A stretch of 64,000 nt of DNA from the human T2T-CHM13v2.0 reference genome, Homo sapiens, in assembly GCF_009914755.1 (NCBI RefSeq), contig NC_060947.1. One strand, 5' to 3'. Under the pieces are notes generated by a model. That model ran no database searches. It was not told the origin of the DNA and worked only from the letters and a program-made list of their open reading frames with translations. Below are positions 1 to 14,880 of the stretch, piece by piece. The stretch's first letter is position 1. Every line of letters begins with the position of its first letter. Position numbers and translations under genes: made by a program.

Positions 1-52
1 AACCTAGTTTCAGGTATTCTGTTTTATAGCAACAGCAAATGAATTAATACCG
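1..52 (+). mobile_element. 3' end of MaLR (MST/MLT1-type) LTR
   Basis: tcaggtattctgttttatagcaacagcaaatgaattaatac resembles MaLR LTR 3' terminus. Confidence 0.55.
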
Positions 53-133
53 AGCAAATGAATTAATACCGTATTGGGATATCTTAGATGTTTTGGCATT
101 GAAGCTTTGTCTTACGAAAATGCATTCAGGTAT

Positions 134-855
134 TGAAACCACCATTGCAAAATTATAACTGAAATAGTGAAAGAGATCTGATGTAACCAACTCCCTCTTG
201 CATCTAAGCCCCAGGCTGTCCTTGCTCATTCCTGGGGGTAAGCTGAAATAACTTTGGGAGGAACTTAGTTTATAGCTTATGGTTTAAAACAAAGGCAATG
301 ACAACCCTTCCCCAAAACCAACCTCCTTCTTGCCTGGGGACTAGACTGCCTTTGTAGGACTAACAAAATAGCCAAAAGATTAGAAATTACGGTTTAGTAG
401 TCATGCAGCTAGAGACTACAAGATACTGCTTCTCCCCAAATTGCTCCTGGGCATAAAGTCACCATTGTAAAGCCTAAGATCAGTGCTTGAGACGTTTTGC
501 AGACCCTGCACTCGATGGATCAACTGGTACCACACAGATCAATAAACTGGCTCATCTCATCCTATGACCCCCCACTCAGGAACTGACTCAGGGCAAGACA
601 GCTTTGACTCCCTATGATTTCATCTCTGATCCAACCAATCATTACTTCTGACCACTGGCTGCTCCCCACCCACCAAATTGTCCTTAAAAACCCTGGTCCC
701 CAAATGCTCAGGGAGACTGATTTGAGTAATAATAAAACTCCAGTCTCCCATACAGCCTGCTCTGCATGAATTACTCTTTCTCTATTGCAATTTCCCTGTC
801 TTGATAAATCAACTCTGTCTAGAGAGTGGGCAAGGTGAACCTGATGGCAATTGCA
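134..855 (+). mobile_element. Solo LTR, LTR8 family (LTR8A/B-like, ERV1)
   Basis: Starts TGAAACCACCATTGCAAAATTATAACTG, ends ...TTGCA; 4-bp TSD GTAT at 130-133 and 856-859; aataaaactcc poly(A) signal. Confidence 0.85.
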
Positions 856-1184
856 GTATGTATGTATACCCAACATCTTGTATGTAATTTTAAGGGATGC
901 AAGGATCCCAAAATAAACTAGAACTTTAGGGTGATCGAGTGTCTGGTGTGCCTGGGGGCTAAGCAGGTTTGTGGGATATGGGACTTTAAATTTTAAAACT
1001 GAGAAATTCCTGAAAAACAAAAACAAACAAAAATAAAACAAGAAAAGTTGGTTACCCTAAAATGTAACGTTTATATAGCACTTTAATAAATACTATTTAC
1101 TAGAAGCTAAGGCTTTTGGTTATGTATATTATAAATTAGGCCATAGGGCAAAGCAAGAAAATGAAAGCTTTACTAGGTCAAAAC

Positions 1185-1859
1185 TGTGACCGCCCAAGAG
1201 GTTCAACTCGCCTGCTGCCTGGACAGAGCCGATTCATCAAGACAGGGGAATTGCAATAGAGAAAGAGTAACTCCCTCAGAGCCAGCTGTGCGGGAGACCG
1301 AAGTTTTATTATTACTCAAATCAGTCTCCCCAAGCATTCGGGGAGCAGAGTTTTTAAGGATAACTTGGTGGGTGGGGGGAAGCCAGTGAGCCAGGAGTGC
1401 TGACTGGTCAGAGATGAAATCACAGGGAGTCGGAGCTGTCTTCTTGCGCTGAGTCAGTTCCTGGGTGGAGGCCACAAGATCAGATGAGCCAGTTTATTGA
1501 TCTGGGTGGTGCCAGCTGATCCATCAAGTGCAGGGTCTGCAAAATATCTCAAGCACTGATCTTAGGAGCAGTTTGGTGGGGGTCAGAATCTTGTTGCCTC
1601 CAGCTGCATGACTCCTAAACCATAATTTCTAACACTGTGGCTGATGTTAGTCCTACAAACGCAAGTCCCAGGCAAGAAGGAATTTTGCTCTGGGAAAGGG
1701 CTGTTACCATCTTTAAACTGTAAACTAAGTTTCTCCCAAAGTTAGTTCAGCCTATGCCCAGGAATGAACGAAGACAGCTTGGAGGTTAGAAGCAAGATGG
1801 AGTCAGTTAAGTTAGATTGTTTTCACTGTCTCAGACCTAATTTTGCAAAGGTGGTTTCA
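1185..1859 (-). mobile_element. 3' LTR (LTR8) of the provirus
   Basis: Minus strand starts TGAAACCACCTTTGCAAAATTA, preceded by PPT aaaacccaaaggaaggga; AATAAA at 1310-1305. Confidence 0.9.
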
Positions 1860-2625
1860 ATCCCTTCCTTTGGGTTTTCTAACACTTTAACCCTAAGGTA
1901 TAGGCTATAAAGATGGGAAAAGGCCGTCGATCGCTCTGGCTTCTTCCTGCTGATGGGGGAAGTAGCGGGAATGGGAACGAACTCCAAGGTGAGAAGAGTG
2001 GAACTGCTTTGCAACTGTTTGAGTGGATTCATGCAGGCCTAATTGGGCTTCCAAGGCTTGCGTGGCAGAAACATTATTACTCTCATCTATAGTTTTACTA
2101 CAGTGTTTATGTGAATAGCCTACTATAAGGTATAATGAGTCCTAGGATGAGAAGTACAATTCCCAATTTTAAAAGCAAACATTTGAAATCATTAGTTTGG
2201 GAACTTCTAACCCACAAACAATTTAGAATTTAGTCTAAACTGAAGAATTAACCTCAAGAATAGCTAATAGTTTACTATAGATTTTCTTTTGAAGCATAAT
2301 ATTTCTCTGTTCAGTCCCCATTTTTATTAAAAACAAATCATGATAGAAATGATTTGCTTATAAAATGCATTTTAGTCTTACTGTACTTGGCCTGATTATT
2401 TGCATGAAGTGCAGCAAGAATAATTATTTTTCACTTAGGCTTTTTAAATTGGCTTTGATGGAACTCTGTTCCATGAAGAATCTCAGATAAGACTTTTTGA
2501 AAGCCGAGCCCAGCCATGGGTTTGTACCCTCAAATACCTATGAGTTGACCAAAGTCCTCTCCTCTTGAGGTCCCAAGATAACTTGGGGTTCCTGGGCCTG
2601 TTAGAAAGTGACATTCTTTACTTAC

Positions 2626-2787
2626 CACAGGTCAGGAACCTTGTACAGGGACTCTGTGTGGACAAGGTATGAGGCCAGATTCCCCAACGGGCTTTAAATG
2701 GCTCTATAAGTCAACTTTGATTCTTTAAAGGAAGCATGCCATTCCAGTCAAAGCCTTGGTAAAATGACCAATTTCTCCAATGGTGTC
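2626..2787 (-). other. DMD: 162-nt cryptic cassette exon, most likely DMD exon 1a
   Basis: Minus strand: ctgttttcttttgtaacag|GACACCATTGG...CCTGACCTGTG|gtaagt; length exactly 162 nt, the recalled size of exon 1a in intron 1; contains stops in the DMD frame. Confidence 0.8.
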
Positions 2788-3473
2788 CTGTTACAAAAGA
2801 AAACAGATTCTTATTGCACGTATGCAATTAACTATACTGTCATAAATTGAGAATACTCACAAATGGTTTCCAAATTCTAGAGAAATCAGGTAGAGAGAAA
2901 CAAATTTGCTCCAAAATTTGTCACTGAGTGTATTTTACTCACTCGGTAAAAGTGGCAAATAGCTCTAAAGAAATAAGTTATGTTGACTCTGAAAACAAAA
3001 GGATTAGCAATGTTTAACACATCAGTTTGCCACATTTAGATGTTTTTTCCCTCTATTCCAAGAGCATAATTTTTAAAGTTATCTAAGACCTGCACTCAGA
3101 GTATTATATCCGATTATAAACTGCCTTTTGAAAAGGACCAAAGCAAGATAAAATGTCTGTGGATGACAAAAGTCTACAGCCATTATTAAAGCTACAATTG
3201 ACTAGGAATTTTGGTTACTTCCGTGGCACACAACAATTTTACATAACAATTATAATTATTAATAGTGAAATCATATCAGAATTATAGAAGTTTCCCATAA
3301 TTTTTGGAACACACACTAATAACATATTTATACAAATACAGTCCAAAGAAAACCAAACACCATTCACTCTTCTATTTGAAAGTTTTCCTTCTATTCTAAC
3401 GTCACAATCTCCAGAGTTATTAATCAGAAACCTGCATTTAAGACCACCTGTTACATTTTACAGCTGGTATTAA

Positions 3474-3751
<278 letters not shown>

Positions 3752-5413
3752 TATAAAACCATCTTTTAAGAGGACAAAAATGAGACAACAATTGCCTGTG
3801 GACGACACAAACATTGTAGAGTAGCCAGAGTTAAAGACACAATCGACAAGGAAATTTGTTACCTCTGTGGCACATAGCCATTTAACATAATTACAATTAT
3901 TACTGATAACATATACTAAGTCATATTAGAATTATAGGAGTTTTACATAATCTCAGAACATATGTCAATCATATATTTACACAAATATAGCCCCCAAAAA
4001 GCCAAACACCATTTCATATTTGACAATGTTTCCTGTATGATTTTTATGCAAAATACGCCAAATGTCATTTTTGGACTTTAGAGGACCTAATATCTAAAAG
4101 ATTAGGCCAGAAAGAGACATAATTTATAATTTGATTTTGGAAAGTTTGCCAAATATCAAAGGTTTAAAACACTGGATATCACAAAATAGAATCCCAGGTC
4201 ACCATAAGTCATTCATTTGACCAAAACGATAACTCCAAAATCTTAAAAGAAAAACCTTTATTCTGACAGAGGAGACTTAGCTTTCCAAACAAGACCCAAT
4301 AAAGACAGCATGAGGATAACTGAATTTGTCTCTTCTCTCTCCCCTTTTCCCCTGCCATTTACCCAAAGGAGAAAGCCAAACCCTTTCATTATCTTTTAAC
4401 GTTACAAAAAAATCGTCTTCAAAAGAGAAAACCAAATTTCATGTTCGCATTAGTGCATCTTTAATGCTAAAGCTAGTTTTTAAATAAAATTTTATGTATC
4501 TATCCAGTTTTAATTAGTTTGACCACAAGGTGACATTCTCATAAACTTTTTAGAACGCTTTATAATTTTCCATTAAACAGCAGATCAATTTTCTAAGAAG
4601 ACCCTGTTATTTGGACACATGGGCCCAGATTCTGGCCCCACAGTATGACTTTAATATTTTAACCTATAGAAAAAGCTAAATAACCTTTTTCAAATCTTAG
4701 CCAACTTGTTTATACCCACAGAATTTTTTTTTTCAGGATCAACCCTGTATAAACCCTTTTCACTTTGCTTAAACCCTCAGTTTCGTTCCGTTACTCTTTT
4801 AGTTTAAGACAGTCTTTAAAACCTCTGAACTAGACAAAATTACATTCTCTTCAACAAAAGCCATATTCCTATGCCTTATTATCTTTCACCAAAAACACAT
4901 TCCCTACACACCTTGTATGTAAAACTGTTTCTCCAGTAACCTCGATTTCATGTTACAATGTTAACTCTTAGCAACTTTGATTTTTAGTGAAAAACCTGAT
5001 AAAAAAGCTATTTTAATTATATGCTAGGGATGGAGCCTAGGACATCAGACAGAAGTGAAGATAAGGTCTGACTCTTTTCAGCATAGCTAGGGGCATAGCT
5101 CTCCACGTGTCCCCAGGCCTCATCTATAATATAATGCTCCAAAGTAAATAAATTGAACAATTTTCCAAAGTCAAGGAAACAGTTTGACCTTAAAGAATTT
5201 AGCAAATCTGATAGCTGACCTTAATTTAGACCAAATGTCTACATTTTCAAGATATTTTACTTTAACAATAATCTTTAAAATTGTCTTTATTGCCAAAAGA
5301 TTACTAAAGTCATGTGAACAAAAAGTCATCAAAGTTTCTATTTTTCTGACAAAATATTTTTTTATTTAAGCACTTATTTTCCAAGCCAATTAATCAGAGC
5401 TCTTTTATAAACA

Positions 5414-5414
<1 letters not shown>

Positions 5415-5448
<34 letters not shown>
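5415..5448. repeat. (CA)n microsatellite
   Basis: About 16 CA units. Confidence 0.95.
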
Positions 5449-5452
<4 letters not shown>

Positions 5453-5578
5453 CACATGTAAATACAGACAGAAGATTTGGCACTGATAAGACTTTTTATT
5501 TGCCAGTTTCTTAATCAGATTACTGGCTTCAGGGTGGAGCCTTTGGAGGAACAGGGCCAGGAAAGTATGCATTTCTAA

Positions 5579-6104
<526 letters not shown>

Positions 6105-7479
6105 TGATCTCCCAGTGGAGGGTGAGGAATGTTTCCTTATCTTCCGGGTGACCAAAAGCATGCTTCTCTGGATCCAAGTGTGCAAAGAGTCAAGTATCCC
6201 TGTATAACTACCATTAGCCATCCCTTAAAGTATATTTCCTATCTAGTTATTACACACTAAAGCTCCCTCATAATGTGAAGTAATTTCTGATATCCCCAAA
6301 ACTCAAAACCATCAGATAACACAATGAAAAACAGAGCAGAGTCTTTGATTTTGAGAGGGATCCATCTGTTTTTAATTCCTGGGGTTTCATGTGGAAAACA
6401 GTTTTTTTTTTTTTTCCCTAAAACGGGTTCTGTGGTGCCTCCTCTGTTTTTCCCAATGAGTCCCAGGCTACCAGAAGTTATCTTAGGGACTCACGTGTGC
6501 GTTAAGAGTGGCAAGACAAAAAAATTAAAAAAGAGAAAAAAATGGAGAAAAATAATTCAGTCGGCTGAGAAGAAAAAACTTTTTCCAAAAAAACAAGTTC
6601 CAAGAAGAGAAAAACATAAAGGCCTTTTAAATATATCTATAGCTTGTTTATCCACTCTTAATTAAGCTGACTTTTAACCATAGTGCTCTTTAAAAAAGAA
6701 ATTCTTTTAGATCTCTTATTACCTAATTTTAGCCATGCCAAGTGGACAATATTTTTAGCTTCTGAACTTTACCAAAGGAAACCTCCTAGGTGCTGCAAAG
6801 ACATAGTAAGAAGTTTCTTTTTACAAGATTTAGAATCTCCACAAGGTAGTCCAGAGAAAGGAAAATTCAAGAGAGGAAATCAGAAAAGAAACTTAATAAA
6901 TGGCAAAGCTACACAAATAACAAATCAGAAAGGAATCATTCCAGAAGCCAACAATTGAACCCAGGCCACCACTGTCAAAAGACAAAGCCTTAGCTACTGA
7001 GCTATATACAGCGTTGAGAAATTTCTACTGCTTTTCCCAGAAGGAGCCTAGAGAAGCCAGTTTCAGGCTTGCAAGGCTTTTAACTGCTCAAGAAAAATCT
7101 TAGGAGTAACTATGACATGAACCCCAAAATTCCTGTCCTCTGGATGGTAGAAACCAAAAGAAAGTATCCCCACATGGTCACAAGGTTAAGCTCTTAAGGA
7201 CACAAAACAAGACAGAGAAATTTCATAGAGTATTGGTTTCAGGGACCTGTAGCAAAGTTTGTAGCTGACCAGCCTCCCAAGCTGACTTGAAAAGCAGACT
7301 TATGGGTGTCCTAACCCACGTTCTATCACGTGATATCCCTCTCTCCATTACATAACACAGAAAGACAAATTCTTAGCACAAACTACATCAGATGTGCTAA
7401 GATTAGTCTCACAAATCCTTCTTTCTATTAACCAAACCCTTGCAGAGGAGACAAATAGTTTACTATTTAACAATGCAGA

Positions 7480-7503
7480 GAAAGAGAGAGAGAGAGAGAG
7501 AGA
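7480..7503. repeat. (GA)n microsatellite
   Basis: Direct observation. Confidence 0.85.
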
Positions 7504-8269
7504 CCAGAAACTTGACTGATAAGAATTTCTTACCCTTATTGCTGGGATGCCAGGTTTCTGGGTTCCCTTTCTCTGCAGCTTCCAGAAGAACGGAGTGGCG
7601 TCTTACGACCCTGCTTGCTTGTGCTATAGCTGTGGGGTTTAAGCCACTTTACAAGATAAAATCACCCTTTACCATTTTATGGAACCATAAACAAGATTCT
7701 TAATTTGCAAGATTCTGCCCAACGGGCTGCATGGGGAACTGAATTAACATTTTCCAACCCAGCAAAATACACATAACAAAACAGACATTAGTCACCTCTT
7801 TCCGCACCCAATATCAGCCTGGCAAAGCTCAAAATTTTTCATCTTGGTCCCTGTTGTCTTTGATCCACACCAGGTGGGGACGGATGACCTCTGAACGGTA
7901 ATTCACAATGAGGTCTCTGGGCAAGGGAAAGAGCAGATAGTCACCCTGAGAGACAGGACTGTTGAGCCTTCTTTAGAGCTCACTGAATGTGACCAGACAA
8001 ATAAGGAGGGTTCTCTGAGTTAGGCATGCTGGACTTCTATCAGCAACCCCTTCTGAGATCCCTTTCACATATTTAAACACATGCAAAGACAAGAGGGACA
8101 GAAGGCCTTCCAAATCAGATCCCTAACCAAGAAGTCCAAGAGTATCCCTTCCAAACTATCCTCCTATTTTCTGTATGAGAAACCTCCTCAAAATCTTCCT
8201 GATTGAAGAGAAGTCTCCCAAACCAGTAGTCTTCCTACTAGTTAGAAAGAGCGAACTGAGACCTCCCAG

Positions 8270-8502
8270 GAGCTGAACAGACACCCCACAATGGAGTAAC
8301 AGACAGAGACACCCCATGCTGGATCTACAGACACCCCACAATGGGGCTACAGACACCCCACCATAGGGCTACAGAACCAGTCAGGAGAATGAAGCAGGCA
8401 TTGGCAGCACCTAGGATACTCACCAATCCAGACACCCCAAAACGGAGCTACAGATAGACACCCCACCATGAGGCTACAGATACCCTGTAATAGGGCTACA
8501 GT
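8270..8502. repeat. Degenerate tandem repeat (about 20-25-bp unit, gggctacagacacccc) in the ERV leader
   Basis: About 8 copies of the (g)ctacagacacccc motif are visible. Confidence 0.75.
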
Positions 8503-8694
8503 TAAGGGACATCTCCCCATGACTATTTTTCCATTGCAATTAAGTCCACGCACATTGGGTTGGAATACCCCACCAGTAGACAGAGTAACAGAGTCAGCCC
8601 CCAGTCCAAGAGAATTAGGCAGCCACTTGGGCTGCCTTCTGGATCCATCACTGAAAGGGGGCCACCAAACAACAGGCAGGTAGCCACAGGGGCA

Positions 8695-8712
8695 ATCCTG
8701 GGTGAGCCCCCA
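8695..8712 (-). other. Primer-binding site, tRNA-Pro type (TGGGGGCTCACCCAGGAT)
   Basis: Close match to the canonical Pro PBS TGGGGGCTCGTCCGGGAT, a few nt 3' of the 5' LTR. Confidence 0.8.
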
Positions 8713-8716
8713 AATT

Positions 8717-9361
8717 TGTAACCACCCAAGGGGTTCACCTTGCCCACTGCCTAGACAGAGCTGACTCAGCAAGACAGGGGAATTGCAATGAAGAAAGAGT
8801 AATTCATGCAGAGCTGGCTGTGTGGGACACTGGAGTTTTGTTATTACTCAAATCAGCAAATCGGTCTCCCCAGGCATTCGGGGAACAGAGTTTTTAAGGA
8901 TAACTTGGTGGGTCGGGGGAAGCCAGTGAGCCAGGAGTGCTGACTGGTCAGAGATGAAATCACAGGGAGTTGGAGCTGTCTTCTTGCGCTGAGTCAGTTC
9001 CTGGGTGGAGGCCACAAGATCAGATGAGCCAGTTTATTGATATGGGTAGTGCCAGCTGATCCATCAAGTGCAGGGTCTGCAAATTATCTCAAGCACTGAT
9101 CTTAGGAGCAGTTTGGTGGGGGTCAGAATCTTGTTGCCTCCAGCTGCATGACTCCTAAACCATAATTTCTAATACTGTGGCTGATGTTAGTCCTACAGAG
9201 GCAATCTAGTCCCCAGGCAAGAAGGTCTGCTTTGGGAAAGGGCTGTTATGATGTTTGTTTAAACGATAAACTATAAATTAGTGGAGGTTAGAAGCAAGAT
9301 GGAGTCAGTTAAGTTAGATCTCTTTCACTGTCTCAGTCCTAATTTTGCAGTGGTGGTTTCA
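8717..9361 (-). mobile_element. 5' LTR (LTR8) of the provirus
   Basis: Direct repeat of 1185-1859 with a roughly 50-bp deletion; followed on the minus strand by the PBS. Confidence 0.9.
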
Positions 9362-12019
9362 AAACCCTTATACTTTATTTTACCATAAACAAATGAGCTT
9401 TTAGTAATGAATTCTAATGACTGCAATGGGGTGGGGGTGGTGAGTTAATTGTTATCAGTTGTACAAGGTTGTTTTATTGTAGCTCAAATGTTGGAGGAAA
9501 GGGAAGCTTTATGGTATTATGTTTCATTAAACTAAGATAGGCTTTCAGAATTGTACAAAACATTTTTAAACCTATATGTATTACTGATGATTTAAGTGAG
9601 TGTATCAGGGAAATAACTTGTTTGGTGAAAAATGGAATATGGCCTGAAAACATAACAACAACTTCGTAAGTTGTCCATTTTCTCATAAAAATAATATTGA
9701 CTTACTTATATATTAAATTAGTGATTCAATTTCTAAAGGCCTTACAAAGATATAATTCAGTATTTTATGGTAATTATTTTCTAATTAGAAATTTACTTTT
9801 ACTATAGCACTAAGTGCCACCAGTATTAATTATTGTTATTTCCTTACACCATACTTGTTCCTAGTAAAACAAGCTTCAGCCACTGTTCTCTATAAAATAT
9901 GGTGTCTTCTAGATGGGAACAAGAATATTTTACAACACATAACCTCCCATTTCTAGGGTTGTGACAAAATGCATTTTATTTCAAATGGCACGCAATATTA
10001 AAACAACTCAGTTTATGTTTCATTAATCAAGAATTCAAAACAACCTCATTTTGTAAATCCATAATATGCAAACTTGGCTACAGACTGTCCAATCAGATTT
10101 TATTCTCCTTTCAAGTCAGATTTTCCTTATCCTCTTTACTTACACTATCTTACCAATAGGCTGTCAGATGCTAGTATGTTCTGAGACATTCAGTATCTCT
10201 TATCACTCACCACTCATATACTCTCAGGGATAAAATTCTGTAGAGGCACTCAATTCGCATAGAAACAACCATAAAACCCAGTTTTGCAAATATTAAGTTA
10301 GAAAACAATTGGCATAGCATTACACTATGGTAATACTTACTATGCACTCCTAAAATTTAGTGTTGATCTTATGCCATGATGTAAAAACAAAAAAAGAAAA
10401 AAAGTTATTAGTACAAAGAGAAAAATGTCAGATGTGTATAATATAACCTCTGATTTGACTAAAATATGTGATAACATTCACAAGCCAGAATTGAGTAGAG
10501 CTGGCAGTTCACAGAAGGCCTGAAGCCTAGATGTAATCAATGACATAGCTGAACTTGATAAATCAACACATTTACATAAGGAAAATATCCCTGATTATCA
10601 TAGGATTGAACCTTCTAAATTATCTGTTGACAGTCAATATTCTGATCATTTTCTTCACTGTGAATTCAGACAGACTATCATTCAAAGGTTTGCTATACAG
10701 AAAGAGAAAAATACCAAAATGCTAAGGCACAAATATCAAATCTCTTTCCCATGAAAATCAGATAATTTAGAATTTTTTAAAGTTAACCTTGAAATGTGAC
10801 TATGTAATTAAAAAAAATAAAATACTTTTTTGTGATAAGTCAAAAACTAATTATAAGGTAGAACATTTGCTAATATAGATTTCAAAGCAACACCTGTTAA
10901 TAACATATGTTCCCATTTTAAAAGTAGGTAACAGAAATTAATAACTCATAGTTATATAATGGGGTTCCAAGATTTTATAGTATGAAATGTGGTAAAAGGT
11001 TTGGTATTTATTATAGGATGTGAAAGGCCCCCTAAAGCACTTTTAATTACTCATTCATGAATTGCTAATTAATACTTCCAAACTAAAATATTAAACACTT
11101 TAGAAAGACTGACCCAATATTAAAATCCAAGCTGTTAGATTTTAAAGTGTATGTTAAAAAATATTTAAACTATAATATCTCTTAGTGTATATATACACAC
11201 AAATATCTGTTTTCATATATATGTTTATATATATTTTATATATGTATATAATATATATACATAGAGAGCGATAGAGGGAGATAAAGGAAGGGGGTTTTGT
11301 TTGTCCAATATATTTTAGCTGACCACATCATTTTATGTATTTTTTTATTTAAAGGGCCAAGGAATAAAATAAGAATGCGAAGGTAGAATGCAGCACTTTA
11401 TCCTCAATTAGAAAAATGCAGAGGAATTTAAATAATTAGACTTTTCCACAAATGTTATGTTTGTTGCCAGGAAACACAGGTGCTTCTAAACTCACTGCTT
11501 TAGGCCATGCAAAATTTAGGAGACAGGCCAATTCCCCTCCTCTAGGGAGGAAACTTGTCAGTCAGGAAAGCTCAAGAGATTAGCATCCAAAGCCAGTTTA
11601 CTTCTGGGGCTGGTTAAAAGCTTTCAGAGGATTCCTGTGTAATTGCTAAATATTGTAGGCTAAATTAAAGTTGTTATTTAAAATGTAAACATCAATAGCA
11701 ACTAACATTTGATTCTTGCTCTTGGTATAAAAAAGCAATAAAATTATTAACACCTTGGAAAGATTTGAAAATTCATTGGTAGCATTAAGCAAGTAAATAT
11801 CTAGCATTTAGTTCATATGGCGAGACCAATTGTGAGAACTTAAAATACATATTTGTGTTGATGATTCTGGCTACTGTTTGAGAGGTTATATTGCCCTCTT
11901 CCCCAAGGATTTCTCAAGAAATGTTTATTTGATTTGTATGATACATTTCCAGCTTTGTTCTCAGAAATGTCTTTTCTACTCACATTCATTCATTCTGTTC
12001 AGTACAATACTGTGTTCAT

Positions 12020-12240
12020 TATGCTGAGGCTTTAAAATTAGAAACTGTGGGGGTTTGAATCTTGTTTTTGCCATGTGATAGCTGTGTGACCTTAGGCATA
12101 TTTCACAGCCTCCCAGTAAAATAAAGATAAAACAGATCTTTCTTCATAGAAATTATTTCAAGCATTCAATGAGGATATTAAAATACAGAACTTAGCACAT
12201 GGTGACAAAGGAAGTACTCAATAAAGTTGGCTCTTATAAT
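12020..12240 (+). mobile_element. MIR fragment
   Basis: ggtttgaatcttg...tagctgtgtgaccttaggca...cttagcaca...actcaataaa core; orientation tentative. Confidence 0.6.
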
Positions 12241-12448
12241 TATGATGTAGCTACCCTCACCTTCTTGATTATTTCTGAGTTCTTTTTGGATCTTTATGAC
12301 TTCTTTATATTCACTAGTCCCTCTGCTTACGATGAATTTTTTCTATGTCTATTGAAATTCTAGATGTCTTCAAGATGTCACCTCCTTTACGAAACTAATC
12401 TTAGCTCCCCCAAACTGAATGCATCATTCTCTGCTTTGCGGCCCATAG

Positions 12449-12784
<336 letters not shown>

Positions 12785-12973
12785 TTGACTAAATATATTT
12801 TAATTGAGTTAATATGGGATCTGCCTTACTGTGAATTCCATGAAGGCTGTGAAGTTATTTAATTCTTCTGTACTTTGTCCAAAGCCATGGAAGCACCTTG
12901 CAATTGGTAGAATTCAACACTGGGGGAGGATCTTAAAGTAACGAATAAATATGTCACAATCGTATGTGCATTA

Positions 12974-13141
<168 letters not shown>

Positions 13142-13376
13142 TTAATTACCAGATGACATATTAAATATTTTTATAATTCTGATATTAAAACTTATAATAA
13201 AATAACTTTAATGAGTGGCTTGGAAATTAACTGTTTAATTTTCAAAGAAATATTTTGCTTTTTTGAAATGAAATAAAGACATTTCTTGTTCATTAATGAC
13301 TGGCTCTGGTAAAAGTGACACAAAAAGGTGAGTGTAACAGTGTTATGGAAAAAGATGAAACAGGATAGTAAAATAA

Positions 13377-13801
<425 letters not shown>

Positions 13802-13852
13802 CTGTTGCTTCTCCATTCTTAACTGATTGCTCCAGCTTTACAAAATGATAAA

Positions 13853-13976
13853 CCCAGGAATTGTGTCTCACGCCTATAATCCCAGCTACCTGGGGGACTG
13901 AAGTGGGAGAATAACTTGAGCCCAGGAGTTCCAGGCCAGCCTGGGCATCATAGTGAGACACCATCTCAAAAAAAAA
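13853..13976 (+). mobile_element. Alu monomer (FLAM-like)
   Basis: Single diverged monomer with A tail. Confidence 0.75.
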
Positions 13977-14774
13977 CAGCCTGATAATAAACGTCAGTAT
14001 AAAGGAGATACAATGTGACTCTCGGAAAAATTTTTAAAAAAGTTATGAATTAAAAAACTTTGAATCAGCCTTGCTAAAAGTAAAAGAACCTAAAGTACAC
14101 AGGGGTATTTGATGAGGAGCCCTTAGAAGTAATCTTGTTGACCTAAGCATATTACAAAAATTGAAATTAATGAGCTAATTATTATTCTTCACGGTAAGAT
14201 ACAGAAGTAGAGTTCAGAGAATATTTACATTTTGCCTCTACAAAAGGACGTTTAAAAAAAAAGAAGCCTCTCGGGAGAAAAATGAAGTAGAGCAAAGGAC
14301 TTACTCAAGTTTAAATTTGCAGTAACTCTGTCTCTTGATTTCACAAATTAAGGAGAAGGAGCAAGAAGTTCCCAGTACATCCAATCATACAACTATGAAG
14401 TTCCCTGACATATTTAAGTATGTATCTATAAAAACCCCTAAGATACTCAATCATGTGAGCACAAAGTTACTGTGTAATCTTCCATAGATGTAAACTTTAA
14501 CCACGAAGTAAGTGATAGCTACAAAGCTTGTAAAATATGTTTATTAAAGGAAATTGATTTTTTTTCAGTCAATCTAGAGGAAATGGCTTCGGAGATACAT
14601 GGAATTTGTTTGCTTCGACTGGCCATCTCACAAAGCTCATTGGACTTATAATAATTTAGTTAACACCATATTCATGTCTCCATAAAAACCCTCATAAGCC
14701 ACGTATATATACCAAAATTACATACATGTATTTACCCACAGCTACAAATATAGTCTATGTGAGTTTCATATTAA

Positions 14775-14880
14775 ATGATAGTATAGAATATTATTCTATT
14801 CTATACTATATTATTATAGAATATTCTATTCTATATTATAACATATATATTATATATAACTCGATATTATATATATACAT
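14775..14880. repeat. AT-rich low-complexity tandem (atagaatattctattctata units)
   Basis: Direct observation. Confidence 0.7.

Noticed and set aside
8270-8502. CRISPR-like repeat-spacer appearance
   Set aside because: Degenerate tandem units without unique equal-length spacers, in a primate ERV leader, with no cas genes
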